The notes: generated by a model from the sequence alone, not told the origin. 41,399 nucleotides of DNA from Microbacteriaceae bacterium UBA963 (GCA_002292955.1 DBCH01000042.1:537-41935), one strand, 5' to 3'. Positions 8,976 to 19,599 are shown, numbered from the stretch's first letter. Made by a program: numbers and translations.

Positions 8976-8977
8976 AG

Positions 8978-11644
8978 CTAGACGCGGGGCTTCTCGACGA
9001 GCTCGATAGTCTCGATCTCGTCGCCGATCTGGAGGTCGTTGAACTTACCCAGACCGATACCGCACTCGAAGTCGGTCTTGACCTCCGAGGCGTCGTCTTT
9101 GAAGCGCCGCAGCGACTCGATGGCCAGGCCATCGGCCAACACGATGCCCTCGCGAATAACGCGCGCTTTGGCGTTTCGCGTGATTGTTCCGCTGCGCACA
9201 ATACATCCGGCGATGTTGCCGAACTTGCTCGAACGGAAGATCTCGCGGATCTCGGCCACACCCGACTGCACCTCTTCGAACTCGGGCTTGAGCATTCCCT
9301 TGAGCGAGTTCTCGATGTCTTCGAGTGCGTTGTAAATGACGGAGTAGAACCGGATGTCGACTCCCTCGCGAGCGGCGCGTTCGCGCGCCTTCGTGTCGGG
9401 ACGCACGTTGAATCCGATGATGACGGCGCTGTCCACCGTGGCGAGGTTCACATCGCTCTCGGTGACCGCACCCACACCGCGGTGGATGATGCGCAACTGC
9501 ACGCTGTCGTCGACCTCGATCTTGAGGAGCGACTCTTCGAGTGCCTCGACGGCACCCGAAACGTCACCCTTGATGATGAGGTTGAGCGACTCGACCTTGC
9601 CGTCTTCGAGGGCCTTGGTGAAGTCCTCGAGGCTGATGCGCTTGCGCGCCTTGGCCAGCAGGGCGTTGCGCTGCACCGCCTCACGCTTTTCGGCAATCTG
9701 ACGAGCCGTGCGGTCTTCTTCGGTGACGAGGAGGGTGTCACCGGCCCGCGGCACGCTCTGCAGGCCCTGGATCTGTACCGGACGCGACGGCGTGGCAACT
9801 TCGACAGGAACGCCGTGTTCGTCGCTCATGGCACGCACACGGCCGTACGCCGTACCCGCAACGATGGCGTCTCCCACCCGGAGCGATCCCGACTGGATGA
9901 GCACCGTGGCAACCGCACCGCGACCCTTGTCGAGACGGGCCTCGATGGCGATACCGCGGGCGTCCTTGTTGGGGTTGGCGCGCAGGTCAAGACCGGCGTC
10001 GGCGGTAAGCAGGACCGCATCGAGGAGCTGGGTAATGCCCGTGCCCTCGCGCGCCGACACATCGACGAACATGACGTCTCCGCCGTACTCCTCGGCAACC
10101 AAACCGTACTCCGTGAGCTGCTGGCGCACCTTGGCGGGGTTGGCGTCGGGCTTATCGACCTTGTTCACAGCAACCACGATCGGTACGTTGGCGGCCTGTG
10201 CGTGGTTCAGGGCCTCTACCGTCTGAGGCATGATGCCGTCGTCGGCGGCCACCACAAGGATGGCGATGTCGGTCACCTGCGCACCGCGGGCACGCATGGC
10301 GGTGAACGCCTCGTGACCCGGGGTGTCGAGGAAGGTGATGCGACGGTCGACACCGTCGTGGTTGGCGTGTACCTGGTAGGCACCAATGTGCTGCGTGATG
10401 CCACCCGCTTCGCCTGCCACGACGTCGGTTTGACGGATCGCATCCAGCAGGCGCGTCTTTCCGTGATCAACGTGACCCATGACGGTAACGACCGGCGGAC
10501 GAATTTCGAGCGTCGATTCGTCTTCGTCCTCGAGTTCGGCCTCGAGATCGATGTCGAAGTCTTCGAGAAGCTCTTTGTCTTCGTCTTCGGGGCTGACGAC
10601 CTGGATTTTGAAGCCCAGTTCGGCACCGAGAATCTCGAAGGTTCCCTGATCGAGTGACTCGGTTGCCGTGGCCATTTCACCGAGGTGAAAAAGCACGGTG
10701 ACGAGATCGCCGGGGCTCGCATTGATTTTCTCAGCAAAGTCGGCGAGCGACGCACCGCGGCGCATGCGAACGGCCGTTGTTCCATCGCCGCGAGGAACCT
10801 TCACACCGCCGAGCGACGGCGCCTCGCGAAGTTCGTATTCGGCCCTCTTAGTGGCCTTCGACTTCCGCGATTTACTCTTTCCGCCGCCCTTACCAAAGGC
10901 TCCGGCTGTTCCGCCGCCGGGGCCACGGCCACGACCGCCACCACCACCGGGACGACCCGCAAAACCGGGGCGACCAGGAGCTCCGCCGGGTCCTCCGGTG
11001 CCAGCACCGGGGCCGCCACCGAATCCGGGGCGTGAGCCGCCGGGGCCGCCGGAACGACCCGGTCCACCGGCGCCACCCGGACGTGCCGGGCGACCGAAGG
11101 TGCCGCGCTCTCCAGGAGCGCCCGCGCTGCCGGGACGTGGTGCCATGGGTCGGGGAATATTCGAGGGACTGGGATGTGTGCCCATGCCCTGAGTCGACGC
11201 GAAGGGGTTGTTGCCCGGGCGGGGTCCCGCAGGGCGCGTACCCATGCCCTGAGTCGATGCGTAGGGGTTGTTGCCGGGGCGTGCGCCGCCGGGCTTGGAG
11301 GCCTCGGTGGCAGCCGGGGAATCACCCGGGGCGTCAGTCACGGGTGCAACCGGAGCTGCGGGCGCGCTTGGCTCGGGGACGACTGCCGGAGGCTCAGCTA
11401 CGGCCTCGGCAGGAGCCGCGGAAGCAGTGGTCTTGGTTGCCTTCGCTGCGGGCGCAGAGTCTGCGGGTACGGGCTTGAGCCCTTCCGCCTCGAGCGCAGC
11501 GCGAAGTTTGCGCGCCACCGGCGGTTCGATTGTCGACGCCGAGGTCTTGACGAATTCGCCAATCTCCTTGAGCTTGGCGAGGGCGGTCTTTGAGTCGATG
11601 CCGTACTCGGCAGCAACCTCATGTACGCGTGGTTTTCCAGCCAC
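8978..11644 (-). CDS. infB: Translation initiation factor IF-2
   Basis: 888 aa. G-domain motifs [13 protein letters not shown] and NKVD. Long Pro/Gly/Ala-rich N-terminal region. GTG start at 11644 preceded by AGGAGAA. Confidence 0.97.
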   Translation of the reverse strand: MAGKPRVHEVAAEYGIDSKTALAKLKEIGEFVKTSASTIEPPVARKLRAALEAEGLKPVPADSAPAAKATKTTASAAPAEAVAEPPAVVPEPSAPAAPVAPVTDAPGDSPAATEASKPGGARPGNNPYASTQGMGTRPAGPRPGNNPFASTQGMGTHPSPSNIPRPMAPRPGSAGAPGERGTFGRPARPGGAGGPGRSGGPGGSRPGFGGGPGAGTGGPGGAPGRPGFAGRPGGGGGRGRGPGGGTAGAFGKGGGKSKSRKSKATKRAEYELREAPSLGGVKVPRGDGTTAVRMRRGASLADFAEKINASPGDLVTVLFHLGEMATATESLDQGTFEILGAELGFKIQVVSPEDEDKELLEDFDIDLEAELEDEDESTLEIRPPVVTVMGHVDHGKTRLLDAIRQTDVVAGEAGGITQHIGAYQVHANHDGVDRRITFLDTPGHEAFTAMRARGAQVTDIAILVVAADDGIMPQTVEALNHAQAANVPIVVAVNKVDKPDANPAKVRQQLTEYGLVAEEYGGDVMFVDVSAREGTGITQLLDAVLLTADAGLDLRANPNKDARGIAIEARLDKGRGAVATVLIQSGSLRVGDAIVAGTAYGRVRAMSDEHGVPVEVATPSRPVQIQGLQSVPRAGDTLLVTEEDRTARQIAEKREAVQRNALLAKARKRISLEDFTKALEDGKVESLNLIIKGDVSGAVEALEESLLKIEVDDSVQLRIIHRGVGAVTESDVNLATVDSAVIIGFNVRPDTKARERAAREGVDIRFYSVIYNALEDIENSLKGMLKPEFEEVQSGVAEIREIFRSSKFGNIAGCIVRSGTITRNAKARVIREGIVLADGLAIESLRRFKDDASEVKTDFECGIGLGKFNDLQIGDEIETIELVEKPRV
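11181..11280 (-). repeat. Imperfect 60-nt-period in-frame duplication inside the IF-2 low-complexity region
   Basis: 11181-11220 and 11241-11280 match at 37 of 40 positions. They encode RPGNNP(Y/F)ASTQGMGT twice. Confidence 0.9.
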
Positions 11645-11650
11645 AATTCT

Positions 11651-11681
11651 CCTGTCTTATGATCCAGACCCATAAGACAGG
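11651..11681 (-). promoter_or_regulatory. Perfect 10-bp stem-loop abutting and partly covering the infB Shine-Dalgarno sequence
   Basis: CCTGTCTTAT (11651-11660) and ATAAGACAGG (11672-11681) are exact reverse complements separated by an 11-nt loop. On the mRNA the 3' arm reads ATAAGACAGG, followed by AGAATT and the GTG start, so the AGG of AGGAG lies inside the stem. Confidence 0.55.
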
Positions 11682-11766
11682 GTTGGACCATTCTTAGCGG
11701 ACGGTTCTCATTTCGAGCCGCTCATTAGTTGTCCATTGCCATTCAGCCTTGTCGTTAGTGGAATTC

Positions 11767-12027
11767 TCACCCACGGGTGTCGGTGAGAGATTGCCAATGC
11801 TGGTTGAGGTGCGCCGTGTCTGGCGCGTTGTGTCGAAGTGCCCGGGAGAATGCTCGCCGCGCGATTGCCTGCTCCAGACACTGTCTGTCGGCATGCAACC
11901 ATGCGCCGCGCCCGTGTGCCGCTGAGGACGTATCCACAACCACACTGCCCCCGACAACAACAAGCCTCACGAGTGATGACCTGTCAGCAGTCGAACGGCA
12001 TCCGATGCACGTTCTTACAGGATTCAT
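11767..12027 (-). CDS. YlxR/DUF448-family RNA-binding protein
   Basis: MNPVRTCIGCRSTADRSSLVRLVV is the hallmark YlxR N-terminus. It occupies the conserved position between nusA and infB. ATG 12027 is preceded by GAGGGGG. The track ORF starts at TTG 12042. Confidence 0.8.
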   Translation of the reverse strand: MNPVRTCIGCRSTADRSSLVRLVVVGGSVVVDTSSAAHGRGAWLHADRQCLEQAIARRAFSRALRHNAPDTAHLNQHWQSLTDTRG

Positions 12028-12084
12028 TCTACCCCCTCGCAACAGCCTCGGCGGTCGAGCCCGGTCGGCTTCGACGCTCGAGCC

Positions 12085-13083
12085 TTACGACTCCATTACC
12101 GAGTCGGGCTGGATATCGATCTTGGCGCCCGTGAGCTTGGCCGCGAGGCGGGCATTCTGGCCATCTTTGCCAATGGCCAGGGAGAGCTGAAAATCGGGGA
12201 CGAGAGCGCGAACGGCCTTGAGGTTGGCGTCGATCACAAACGAACTGCTGACCTTTGCCGGGGACAGCGCATTGCCCACAAAAGTGGCGAGGTCAGGCGA
12301 GTAGTCGACAATGTCGATTTTTTCGTCGTTCAGCTCCTCGGTCACAGCGCGCACGCGACGGCCGAGCTCGCCGATGCAGGCGCCCTTGGCGTTGATGGCG
12401 GGGTCGTTTGCCTTGACCGCAATCTTGGTGCGGTGCCCCGACTCGCGCGCGAGCGACACAATCTCAACAAGTCCGTTAGCAATCTCAGGAACCTCCAGCG
12501 CAAAGAGCTTGCGAATCAGCTGGGGGTGCGTGCGCGACACAGAAACCTGCGGACCCTTGTTGCCCTTGGAGACGGACGTGACATAAAAGCGCATGCGCTT
12601 CCCGTGGGAGTAGTCCTCGGTGGAGACTTGCTCCTCGGGAACCATGATGGCCTCGACCGTTCCCAGATCGACGTGAATCATGTGCGGATTCGAGCCCTGC
12701 TGAATCACGCCGGCGACGATGTCGCCCTCTTTGCCCTTGAACTCGCCCAACACGGCCTCATCGGCAATGTCGCGCATGCGCTGATTGATGACCTGCTTAG
12801 CCGCGTGTGCAGCGATGCGCCCAAAGTCGTCGGGAGTCGCCACGCTCTCGCCCGTGAGGTTTCCCTCGTCGTCGCGCTCGATGGCAAAGATGGTGACGAT
12901 GCCCGTCTTTCGGTCGAGTTCCACGCGCGCCTCGGGCACCTCATCGGGGTCGGCACCGGGAATCTGTGTGACGTGCTTCTGGTAGGCCGTGAGAATGGCC
13001 TGCTCAATGATGATCACCAGCTCGTCGAACGGGATGCCCTTTTCGGATTCCATGAGCTTGAGAACTCTCAAATCGATATCCAT
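12085..13083 (-). CDS. nusA: Transcription termination/antitermination factor NusA
   Basis: 332 aa. N-terminal domain (LKLMESEKGIPFDELV), an S1 region (GDIVAGVIQQ) and two KH regions (..GACIGELGRRV.. and ..SLAIGKDGQNARLAAKLTG..). AGAGGAG lies upstream of ATG 13083. Confidence 0.95.
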   Translation of the reverse strand: MDIDLRVLKLMESEKGIPFDELVIIIEQAILTAYQKHVTQIPGADPDEVPEARVELDRKTGIVTIFAIERDDEGNLTGESVATPDDFGRIAAHAAKQVINQRMRDIADEAVLGEFKGKEGDIVAGVIQQGSNPHMIHVDLGTVEAIMVPEEQVSTEDYSHGKRMRFYVTSVSKGNKGPQVSVSRTHPQLIRKLFALEVPEIANGLVEIVSLARESGHRTKIAVKANDPAINAKGACIGELGRRVRAVTEELNDEKIDIVDYSPDLATFVGNALSPAKVSSSFVIDANLKAVRALVPDFQLSLAIGKDGQNARLAAKLTGAKIDIQPDSVMES

Positions 13084-13188
13084 GACGGACTCCTCTATTC
13101 ATACCTGCGCTCGTGACGTGCACCACCGATGGGGTGAAGTGTCAAGCGTAACCGACGAAGGTCGGTCGAGAAAAACACAAAATTGCGC

Positions 13189-14955
13189 CTAGCTGGCGGT
13201 GAGGTACGTCACCGCTTCGGCCACCGGCACCTGGGTGCGCTTGTCGGATCGACGGTCCCACACCTCGACGAGACCCTCGGCGAGACCCTTGCCAACGATG
13301 AGGATGGTGGGGATGCCCACAAGTTCGGCGTCGCCAAACTTGACTCCCGGAGACACCCTGGGTCGGTCATCGAGCAGCACCTCGAGCCCCGTCGCTTCGA
13401 GTTCGGCCGACAGCTGGCTCGCCATGGCAAAGACGTCGTCCTCTTTGCCGGTGGCAATCACATGGATATCAAACGGAGAAACCTGCGGCGGCCAGATGAG
13501 CCCCTTCTCGTCGTTGTTGGTCTCGGCAACCACCGCAAGGATTCGGGTCACACCAATTCCGTATGAGCCCATGGTGACGGTGGCGAGTTTTCCGTCTTCG
13601 TCCTGGACCTTGAGACCCAACGCCTCGGCGTACTTACGACCGAGCTGAAAGACATGCCCAATCTCCATGCCGCGTGTGATCGATACGGGACCGGAGCCAT
13701 CGGGGGCGGGGTCGCCGTCGCGCACGTCGGAGCACTCAATATTGCCGTCGGGAAAGACGTCACGGCCGATCACAACGTTCGTCACGTGGGCATCGACCAC
13801 GTTGGCGCCGGTCAGCCAGGCGGAACCCTCAACCACGCGCGGATCGACGAAGTAGCGGATCCTGCTCGAGCCACGCTCGCCCAAGAACTGGCCGGCTTCT
13901 GACCACGGGCCGATGAATCCGCGGACCAGGTTCTTGTTCTTGGCAAAGTCAGCGTCGGTGGCCGGTTCAACGGCAGCGGGCGAGAAGAACACCTCCACGC
14001 GACCGAGATCAACCTCGCGATCGCCGGGAAGTCCCACCACCACGAGCTCGCGCGTGCCGTCGAGATGGGTGAGAGCGAGGACAACGTTCTTGAGTGCGTC
14101 GGTGGCATGCCACGAAGAGCCTTCGCGCGGATATGATGCGGTCATCAGCAGGACGAGCTGCTCGATGCTGCCGGCTCCCGGAGTGCTGACCACAGCGGCG
14201 GCAGGCTTGTCGGTAATCGACTCGGCCGGCGGAGCGACAGTGCGGAAGGCCTCCACGTTGGCGGCATAACCGGCTGCGGTGCTCACGAACGAGTCTTCGC
14301 CCACCTCGGTGGGGTGCAGGAACTCCTCCGATCGCGAGCCGCCCATTGCCCCTGCGTCGGCCTGAACAATCACATAGTCGAGACCGAGCCGGGCAAAAAT
14401 GCGCTCATAGGCATCGCGCTGGGCCTGATAGCTCACGGCGAGTCCCTCGTCGGTCACGTCGAACGAGTAGGCGTCTTTCATGGTGAACTCGCGCCCGCGG
14501 AGCAGCCCCGCGCGGGGTCGTGCTTCATCGCGGTACTTGTCTTGAATCTGGTAGAGGCACACGGGCAGGTCTTTGTAAGACGTGTAGAGGTCCTTCACAA
14601 GAAGCGTGAACGCCTCTTCGTGGGTGGGCGCGAGCAGGTAGTCGGCGTCTTTGCGGTCCTTGAGACGAAAAATGCCATCGCCGTATTCGTCCCAGCGGCC
14701 GGTGGCCTCATAGGGCTCCTTCGGAAGGAGTGCAGGAAAATGTACCTCCTGAGCACCGGCGGCCGCCATTTCCTCGCGGATGATGCGCTCAACCTTTGCC
14801 TTGACCCGGAGCCCCAGCGGGAGCCACGCAAAAATGCCCGGGGCCTGGCGGCGGATGTATCCGGCGCGCAACAGCAGCCGATGGCTCGTCACCTCGGCGT
14901 CGGCCGGGTCTTCTCGAAGAGTCCGAAGGAAAAGGTGTGAAAGAAGGGTAGGCAC
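13189..14955 (-). CDS. proS: Proline--tRNA ligase (bacterial type with editing insertion)
   Basis: 588 aa. N-terminus [29 protein letters not shown]. Class II motifs (FRDE-like [25 protein letters not shown]; GSYGIGVTR). Confidence 0.95.
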   Translation of the reverse strand: MPTLLSHLFLRTLREDPADAEVTSHRLLLRAGYIRRQAPGIFAWLPLGLRVKAKVERIIREEMAAAGAQEVHFPALLPKEPYEATGRWDEYGDGIFRLKDRKDADYLLAPTHEEAFTLLVKDLYTSYKDLPVCLYQIQDKYRDEARPRAGLLRGREFTMKDAYSFDVTDEGLAVSYQAQRDAYERIFARLGLDYVIVQADAGAMGGSRSEEFLHPTEVGEDSFVSTAAGYAANVEAFRTVAPPAESITDKPAAAVVSTPGAGSIEQLVLLMTASYPREGSSWHATDALKNVVLALTHLDGTRELVVVGLPGDREVDLGRVEVFFSPAAVEPATDADFAKNKNLVRGFIGPWSEAGQFLGERGSSRIRYFVDPRVVEGSAWLTGANVVDAHVTNVVIGRDVFPDGNIECSDVRDGDPAPDGSGPVSITRGMEIGHVFQLGRKYAEALGLKVQDEDGKLATVTMGSYGIGVTRILAVVAETNNDEKGLIWPPQVSPFDIHVIATGKEDDVFAMASQLSAELEATGLEVLLDDRPRVSPGVKFGDAELVGIPTILIVGKGLAEGLVEVWDRRSDKRTQVPVAEAVTYLTAS

Positions 14956-14964
14956 GCCTCAATG

Positions 14965-16233
14965 TTAGGCGGTGGGCGCACCCCGAGTGCGCGCACGCAC
15001 GATGAGCACCGTGCACGTCACTCCCACCGTGAGCGCAATGGTGACGGCGCTGAGTGCACCGTAACCGATCGCGGACAGGGTGAGCCCCGCTGCGGCGCCC
15101 GCTGCGGCAGCCGTGAGGCTCATGAGTGTGTCGGAGAGACCCTGCACGCTCGGGCGATCTTCGGGAGTCACACTTTCCGTCAGCAGTGCTGACGCGGCAA
15201 CGGTAGCGGCCGACCAACCCAAACCGAGCAGAATCATGGAAATAACGATGGCGGTCATGTCGTGCGGCGCCAGGGCGTTCAGGACGAGGGCAGCCAGCAG
15301 AATCACCTGCCCGAGCACAATTACAGAAATGCGACCCCAGCGATCCGCTAACCATCCGAACAGTGGCGAGAAAGCATACATACCGGCTGTGTGAAGGCTC
15401 ACGGTAAGCCCGATGAGCGGGAGGATGACGTTCATCATGGACAGGTGAACCGGCGTCATCGACATGATGCCCACCATCACTCCGTGGCTGAGGGCCAAGG
15501 CAACCACCGCGGCGGCGGCCATGGGAGTTGCCCTCAGAATGCCGAAGGCGGCCCCGATGCTGCGCTTGGTGGAAGGAACCTCCACCCCATCGCGAACGCG
15601 CTGAGCGCGTGCCTCGAGCAGAGGGTCGGGACGGAGGCCGATCGCATAAAAGACCACACCGACCACATAGAAAAAAGCAGCTATGACAAAGGCCCCGGCC
15701 AGGGACGGGAGTCCGAGCGAAAGCCCGAGACCGTCTCCGGGACCCACCAGGTTAGGGCCAATCACCACACCCACAGTGGTCGCCCAGACAACGAGCGAGA
15801 GGTCGCGGGCTCGGGTTGTCGGTTGCGCGAGATCTGTGGCCGCAAAGCGCGTCTGAAGGTTGACCGCATTTCCCGCACCCACAAGAGCGATGCCCACGAT
15901 GAACAGCGGGAAAGACTGAGCGAGATCCGCTGCGACCACAATGGTCGACCCGGCGGCCGCGATGAACAGCCCCAGAGACAAAGCCCACCGTCGACCCCAC
16001 CGGTTGGCGTAACGCGCGAGGGGAAAGGCGAGAATCGCCGTTCCGAGTGTGGCGAACGTGGCCGACAGGCCACCCAGAGCCGGGGAGCCGCTGATCTGGA
16101 CGGCCATGAGCGACCCGATGGAGAACGATGCTCCCGTGCCAAGGGCGCCCAAAACCTGCCCGATGGCGAGCACGGTGAGAATTTTACGTTGCAACCCCCG
16201 ACGGGTCGCGAGTAACGAACTCATGGAATTCAC
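14965..16233 (-). CDS. MFS transporter (12 predicted TM)
   Basis: 422-aa hydrophobic ORF with the MFS loop 2-3-like motif (ARYANRWGRRWAL; second half LADRWGRISV). Confidence 0.82.
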   Translation of the reverse strand: MNSMSSLLATRRGLQRKILTVLAIGQVLGALGTGASFSIGSLMAVQISGSPALGGLSATFATLGTAILAFPLARYANRWGRRWALSLGLFIAAAGSTIVVAADLAQSFPLFIVGIALVGAGNAVNLQTRFAATDLAQPTTRARDLSLVVWATTVGVVIGPNLVGPGDGLGLSLGLPSLAGAFVIAAFFYVVGVVFYAIGLRPDPLLEARAQRVRDGVEVPSTKRSIGAAFGILRATPMAAAAVVALALSHGVMVGIMSMTPVHLSMMNVILPLIGLTVSLHTAGMYAFSPLFGWLADRWGRISVIVLGQVILLAALVLNALAPHDMTAIVISMILLGLGWSAATVAASALLTESVTPEDRPSVQGLSDTLMSLTAAAAGAAAGLTLSAIGYGALSAVTIALTVGVTCTVLIVRARTRGAPTA

Positions 16234-16234
16234 G

Positions 16235-17386
16235 TCACGAGGACGTAATAACCTGCACCGATCCGGTTTCTGACGCCGGCATCTCGGCCGCGAGACGATT
16301 GGCCTCTTCGATCAGCGTGGCCACAATTTCTGATTCGGGAACGGTCTTGATGACCTCGCCCTTCACAAAAATCTGCCCCTTACCGTTGCCGGAGGCCACA
16401 CCCAGGTCGGCCTCGCGGGCTTCGCCCGGTCCGTTCACGACGCAGCCCATCACGGCCACCCGCAGGGGAACGCTCATTCCCTGAAGTCCCTCGGTCACTT
16501 GCTCGGCGAGTGTGTAGACATCGACCTGAGCCCGACCGCAGCTGGGGCACGACACGATTTCGAGTTTGCGCTCGCGCAGGTTGAGTGACTGGAGTATCTG
16601 AAGTCCCACCTTGACCTCTTCGGCCGGCGGCGCCGAAAGCGAGACCCGGATGGTGTCGCCGATTCCCTCGCCGAGCAAAATGCCAAAGGCCGTTGCCGAC
16701 TTGATGGTGCCCTGAAAGGCCGGACCGGCCTCAGTGACGCCGAGGTGGAGGGGCCAGTCACCGCGCTCGGCGAGCATGCGGTACGCCTTCACCATGATCA
16801 CGGGGTCGTTGTGCTTCACCGAGATTTTGAAGTCGTGGAAGTCGTGTTCCTCAAAGAGACCGGCTTCCCACACCGCGCTTTCCACGAGCGCCTCGGGAGT
16901 GGCCTTGCCGTACTTCTCGAGCAGGCGCGGATCGAGCGACCCCGCGTTCACCCCGATGCGCAGGCTCACCCCGGCCGCCTTCGCGCGTGCAGCAATCTCG
17001 CCCACCTGGTCATCGAACTTTCGAATGTTGCCCGGGTTCACCCGAACCGCGGCGCACCCGGCATCGATGGCCGTGTAGACGTAGTTGGGCTGAAAGTGAA
17101 TGTCGGCAATAACCGGGATCTGGCTCTTCTTCGCGATGATGTGCAAAACTTCGGCATCTTCTCGGGTGGGCACAGCCACCCGCACAATGTCACAGCCCGA
17201 TGCCGTGAGTTCGGCGATCTGCTGCAGGGTGGCATTGATGTCGGTGGTTGGCGTGGTGGTCATCGACTGCACCGAGACCTGAGCATCACCGCCAACCAGA
17301 ACTTTGCCCACCTTGATCTGGCGCGACACACGACGGGGGGCAAGAGTTTCAGGCTTTGCGGGTATTCCGAGATTGACGGCAGGCAC
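16235..17386 (-). CDS. ispG: 4-hydroxy-3-methylbut-2-en-1-yl diphosphate synthase (MEP pathway)
   Basis: 383 aa. VQSMTTT, RVAVP and the C-terminal Cys ligands SCPSCGR .. [10 protein letters not shown]. Conserved dxr-rip-ispG neighbourhood. Confidence 0.95.
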   Translation of the reverse strand: MPAVNLGIPAKPETLAPRRVSRQIKVGKVLVGGDAQVSVQSMTTTPTTDINATLQQIAELTASGCDIVRVAVPTREDAEVLHIIAKKSQIPVIADIHFQPNYVYTAIDAGCAAVRVNPGNIRKFDDQVGEIAARAKAAGVSLRIGVNAGSLDPRLLEKYGKATPEALVESAVWEAGLFEEHDFHDFKISVKHNDPVIMVKAYRMLAERGDWPLHLGVTEAGPAFQGTIKSATAFGILLGEGIGDTIRVSLSAPPAEEVKVGLQILQSLNLRERKLEIVSCPSCGRAQVDVYTLAEQVTEGLQGMSVPLRVAVMGCVVNGPGEAREADLGVASGNGKGQIFVKGEVIKTVPESEIVATLIEEANRLAAEMPASETGSVQVITSS

Positions 17387-17410
17387 GTGCCCAGCCTACG
17401 ACGAATCGGG

Positions 17411-18718
17411 CTAGAAAATGATGACCGGCTTGACGATGTCGGCGTAAATCAGCAGAGCGCTCATGCCAATCATGATGACCACGACCACGAGCGTGATGGG
17501 CATGAAGCGCGCAATGTCTACTGGTCCGGGATCTGGTCGTTTGCGCAGGCGCGCCCAACCGCGGCGGATGAGCTCCCACAGGGCCCCGGCAATGTGACCG
17601 CCGTCGAGCGGCAACAGGGGAATGAGGTTGAAGACGAAGAGAGCCACATTGAGCGAGGCCAGAATACCCAGGAGCGACACGACCTTGCCGTCTGTCGTGA
17701 CCTGGTTTGATCCGGCGATGTCGCCCGCGACCCGGCCGACACCGACCACGGAGATGGGGCCGTCGAGCTGGCGCTCTTCGGGGCCAAAAGCTGCCTCGCC
17801 CACCTCCACCAGCCGTTGCGGCAGATTCAGGATCATGTTCGCGGTTCCGGTCACTGTTTGCCCGACCAGTGGGAAGGCGGCCGTGACCGGTTGGGCCACC
17901 ATATCGGTGACCGGCGAGATGCCCACGAAACCTACCCGCTGAGTGACCGCGTCACCGTCGGGACCGGTGACGACGGCGCCATCGTCACCGAAGACCGGAC
18001 GCGACACCTCCACGGGAGTAACCGGAATCGTGAGCGTTTCGCCGGACCGCTCCACAGTGAACCCGAGCGTGTTGCCGGCAGCCGGCACGATGGCCGTCGA
18101 CACTTGATCCCACGCGCTCACGGGGGCGCCGTTGATGGCCACAATGGTGTCACCCGGCTTGAGGCCGGCGAGTGCGCCGGGCGCGTCGGGGGTAGTCGCT
18201 GAACACGTCTCGGATGCCTCAATGCACGTCGATACGGAGCTCAGGGTATTTGTGGCCTGAGGCATGCCGAAGCCCACGACGATGATGGCGAACAGCACAA
18301 ACGCCAGCACGAGGTTCATGAACGGACCACCGAACATGATGATGATGCGCTTCCACACGGGGAGGCGGTAGAACAGCCGGTCGGGCGCCACGTTCTCGGC
18401 GCTCTCAGCACTGGCGTCGCGCGCATCCTGGACAAGTTTGCCGAAGAAGCTGCGGGAACCCGACTTTGCCCGCGACTTTCCGGGAGGGAACATTCCCGCC
18501 ATCGAGATGTAGCCGCCGAGCGGCAGCGCCTTGATGCCGTACTCGGTCTCGCCCCACTTTTTGCGCAGCAGTGTGGGGCCAAAACCGATCATGTATTGCG
18601 CCACGCGTACTTTGAAAATCTTGGCCGGAATGAGGTGGCCCAGCTCGTGCAGGCCAATAGACAGCGAGAGCCCGATCAAGAAGATGAGCACACCGAGGAG
18701 GAAGGGAAAGATATCCAC
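17411..18718 (-). CDS. M50-family site-2 (RIP) zinc metalloprotease with PDZ domain
   Basis: 435 aa. HELGH in the first TM helix, a central PDZ-like segment (LKPGDTIVAINGAPV) and C-terminal NLIPLLPLDGGH. Orthologous position to mycobacterial Rip1 / E. coli RseP. Confidence 0.9.
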   Translation of the reverse strand: MDIFPFLLGVLIFLIGLSLSIGLHELGHLIPAKIFKVRVAQYMIGFGPTLLRKKWGETEYGIKALPLGGYISMAGMFPPGKSRAKSGSRSFFGKLVQDARDASAESAENVAPDRLFYRLPVWKRIIIMFGGPFMNLVLAFVLFAIIVVGFGMPQATNTLSSVSTCIEASETCSATTPDAPGALAGLKPGDTIVAINGAPVSAWDQVSTAIVPAAGNTLGFTVERSGETLTIPVTPVEVSRPVFGDDGAVVTGPDGDAVTQRVGFVGISPVTDMVAQPVTAAFPLVGQTVTGTANMILNLPQRLVEVGEAAFGPEERQLDGPISVVGVGRVAGDIAGSNQVTTDGKVVSLLGILASLNVALFVFNLIPLLPLDGGHIAGALWELIRRGWARLRKRPDPGPVDIARFMPITLVVVVIMIGMSALLIYADIVKPVIIF

Positions 18719-18802
18719 CCGCCGAGACTACGCCGAATGTCTGACAGTTTCCCGCACAGCGTCCGACGTTATCAATCCCGTGTCAGCGTGCCCGGGAAGC
18801 CG

Positions 18803-19576
18803 TCAGAAGTCGAAGAGCAGGAACCCGGGAGCGTGGAAAACGGAGACCAGACCGGTCGCCGAATCAGAGCATGCTTCAAGAACACGCCCCGTAAAGAGGC
18901 CCCCCTGATCCGGATCATCAAATCCGGAAGACGCATCCCGCTCAATCACATAACAGCTTGTGGTGTCGGTGATTATCGACGAGTCGTCGGCATATTCCAC
19001 GAGGACTGAAGCGGGTTGCCCCACAGCTATTCCTTCGGGAGTCGACACCGCAATCGGACCCTGTGCGGCACCTCGGGCCCAGACGTTATAGGCGCGCAAG
19101 AGGGAGTCGGGCGCATCCCAACCCGGTCGCTCCGAGATGAGCACGAAATTCTCCCAGCGATACTCCGCCAAATACGTGCTCCGCTCAAGAGAACTCAGAT
19201 CCGTAACAACCGGAGCGGATCCAAAAGCAGTTTCGAGATCAGCAACCACGAGTGCGGGGTCGTCGGTCAGTAAGTGCGCCCACATCACCTCGCCCGCGCT
19301 GTTTTTGAGAACAAGATTTGTCACCGAGACCTCGAGTGACTCTGGCACGGGAGTGGGGGTAGGAGTCGAAGAGGCCGAAGGCGAGATGCTGGGGCTGGGC
19401 GCCGCAGTGGGAGCTTGAGTGAGAATCCACGGCCGCCAGAACAGCAGTCCGGCAATGACAATCACCACAGCAAGCGCGCCGGCCAATAACCCGATGATCA
19501 GACCCCGACGCGACCTCGCCCGCTCGGGAGCCGGCTGACTGCCCCCCGGTGGTGCCTCTTCGCCCATCTCGCTCAT
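18803..19576 (-). CDS. Hypothetical single-pass membrane protein with Pro/Ser/Thr linker and extracytoplasmic domain
   Basis: The ORF has a TM helix (LIIGLLAGALAVVIVIAGLLFW), a PSPSISPSASSTPTPTP linker and a C-terminal domain of about 170 aa with no motif I recognise. The start is uncertain: 19576 (MSEMGEE) avoids overlap with dxr, while the track start 19642 would overlap dxr by 43 nt. Confidence 0.5.
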   Translation of the reverse strand: MSEMGEEAPPGGSQPAPERARSRRGLIIGLLAGALAVVIVIAGLLFWRPWILTQAPTAAPSPSISPSASSTPTPTPVPESLEVSVTNLVLKNSAGEVMWAHLLTDDPALVVADLETAFGSAPVVTDLSSLERSTYLAEYRWENFVLISERPGWDAPDSLLRAYNVWARGAAQGPIAVSTPEGIAVGQPASVLVEYADDSSIITDTTSCYVIERDASSGFDDPDQGGLFTGRVLEACSDSATGLVSVFHAPGFLLFDF

Positions 19577-19599
19577 GGGAGGCAGGATACCGCCGAGTG

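Noticed and set aside
9482-10657. Long ORFs antisense to clearly identified genes. Examples: 9482..10657(+) opposite infB, 19549..20754(+) opposite dxr, 21131..22129(-) opposite gabT, 39107..40189(-) opposite the aminotransferase, 16745..17710(+) opposite ispG and the M50 protease, 36683..37588(+) opposite the kinase, 29285..30136(+) and 27943..28677(+).
   Set aside because: High-G+C genomes generate long stop-free antisense frames. These translations are Arg/Gly/His/Pro-rich with no recognisable motifs. The opposite strand carries unambiguous family signatures in every case.
13140-13145. TTGACA hexamer (minus strand) upstream of nusA as a -35 promoter element.
   Set aside because: No acceptable TANNNT -10 hexamer lies 16-19 nt downstream (TGCACG or GCACGT instead), so I do not call a promoter.
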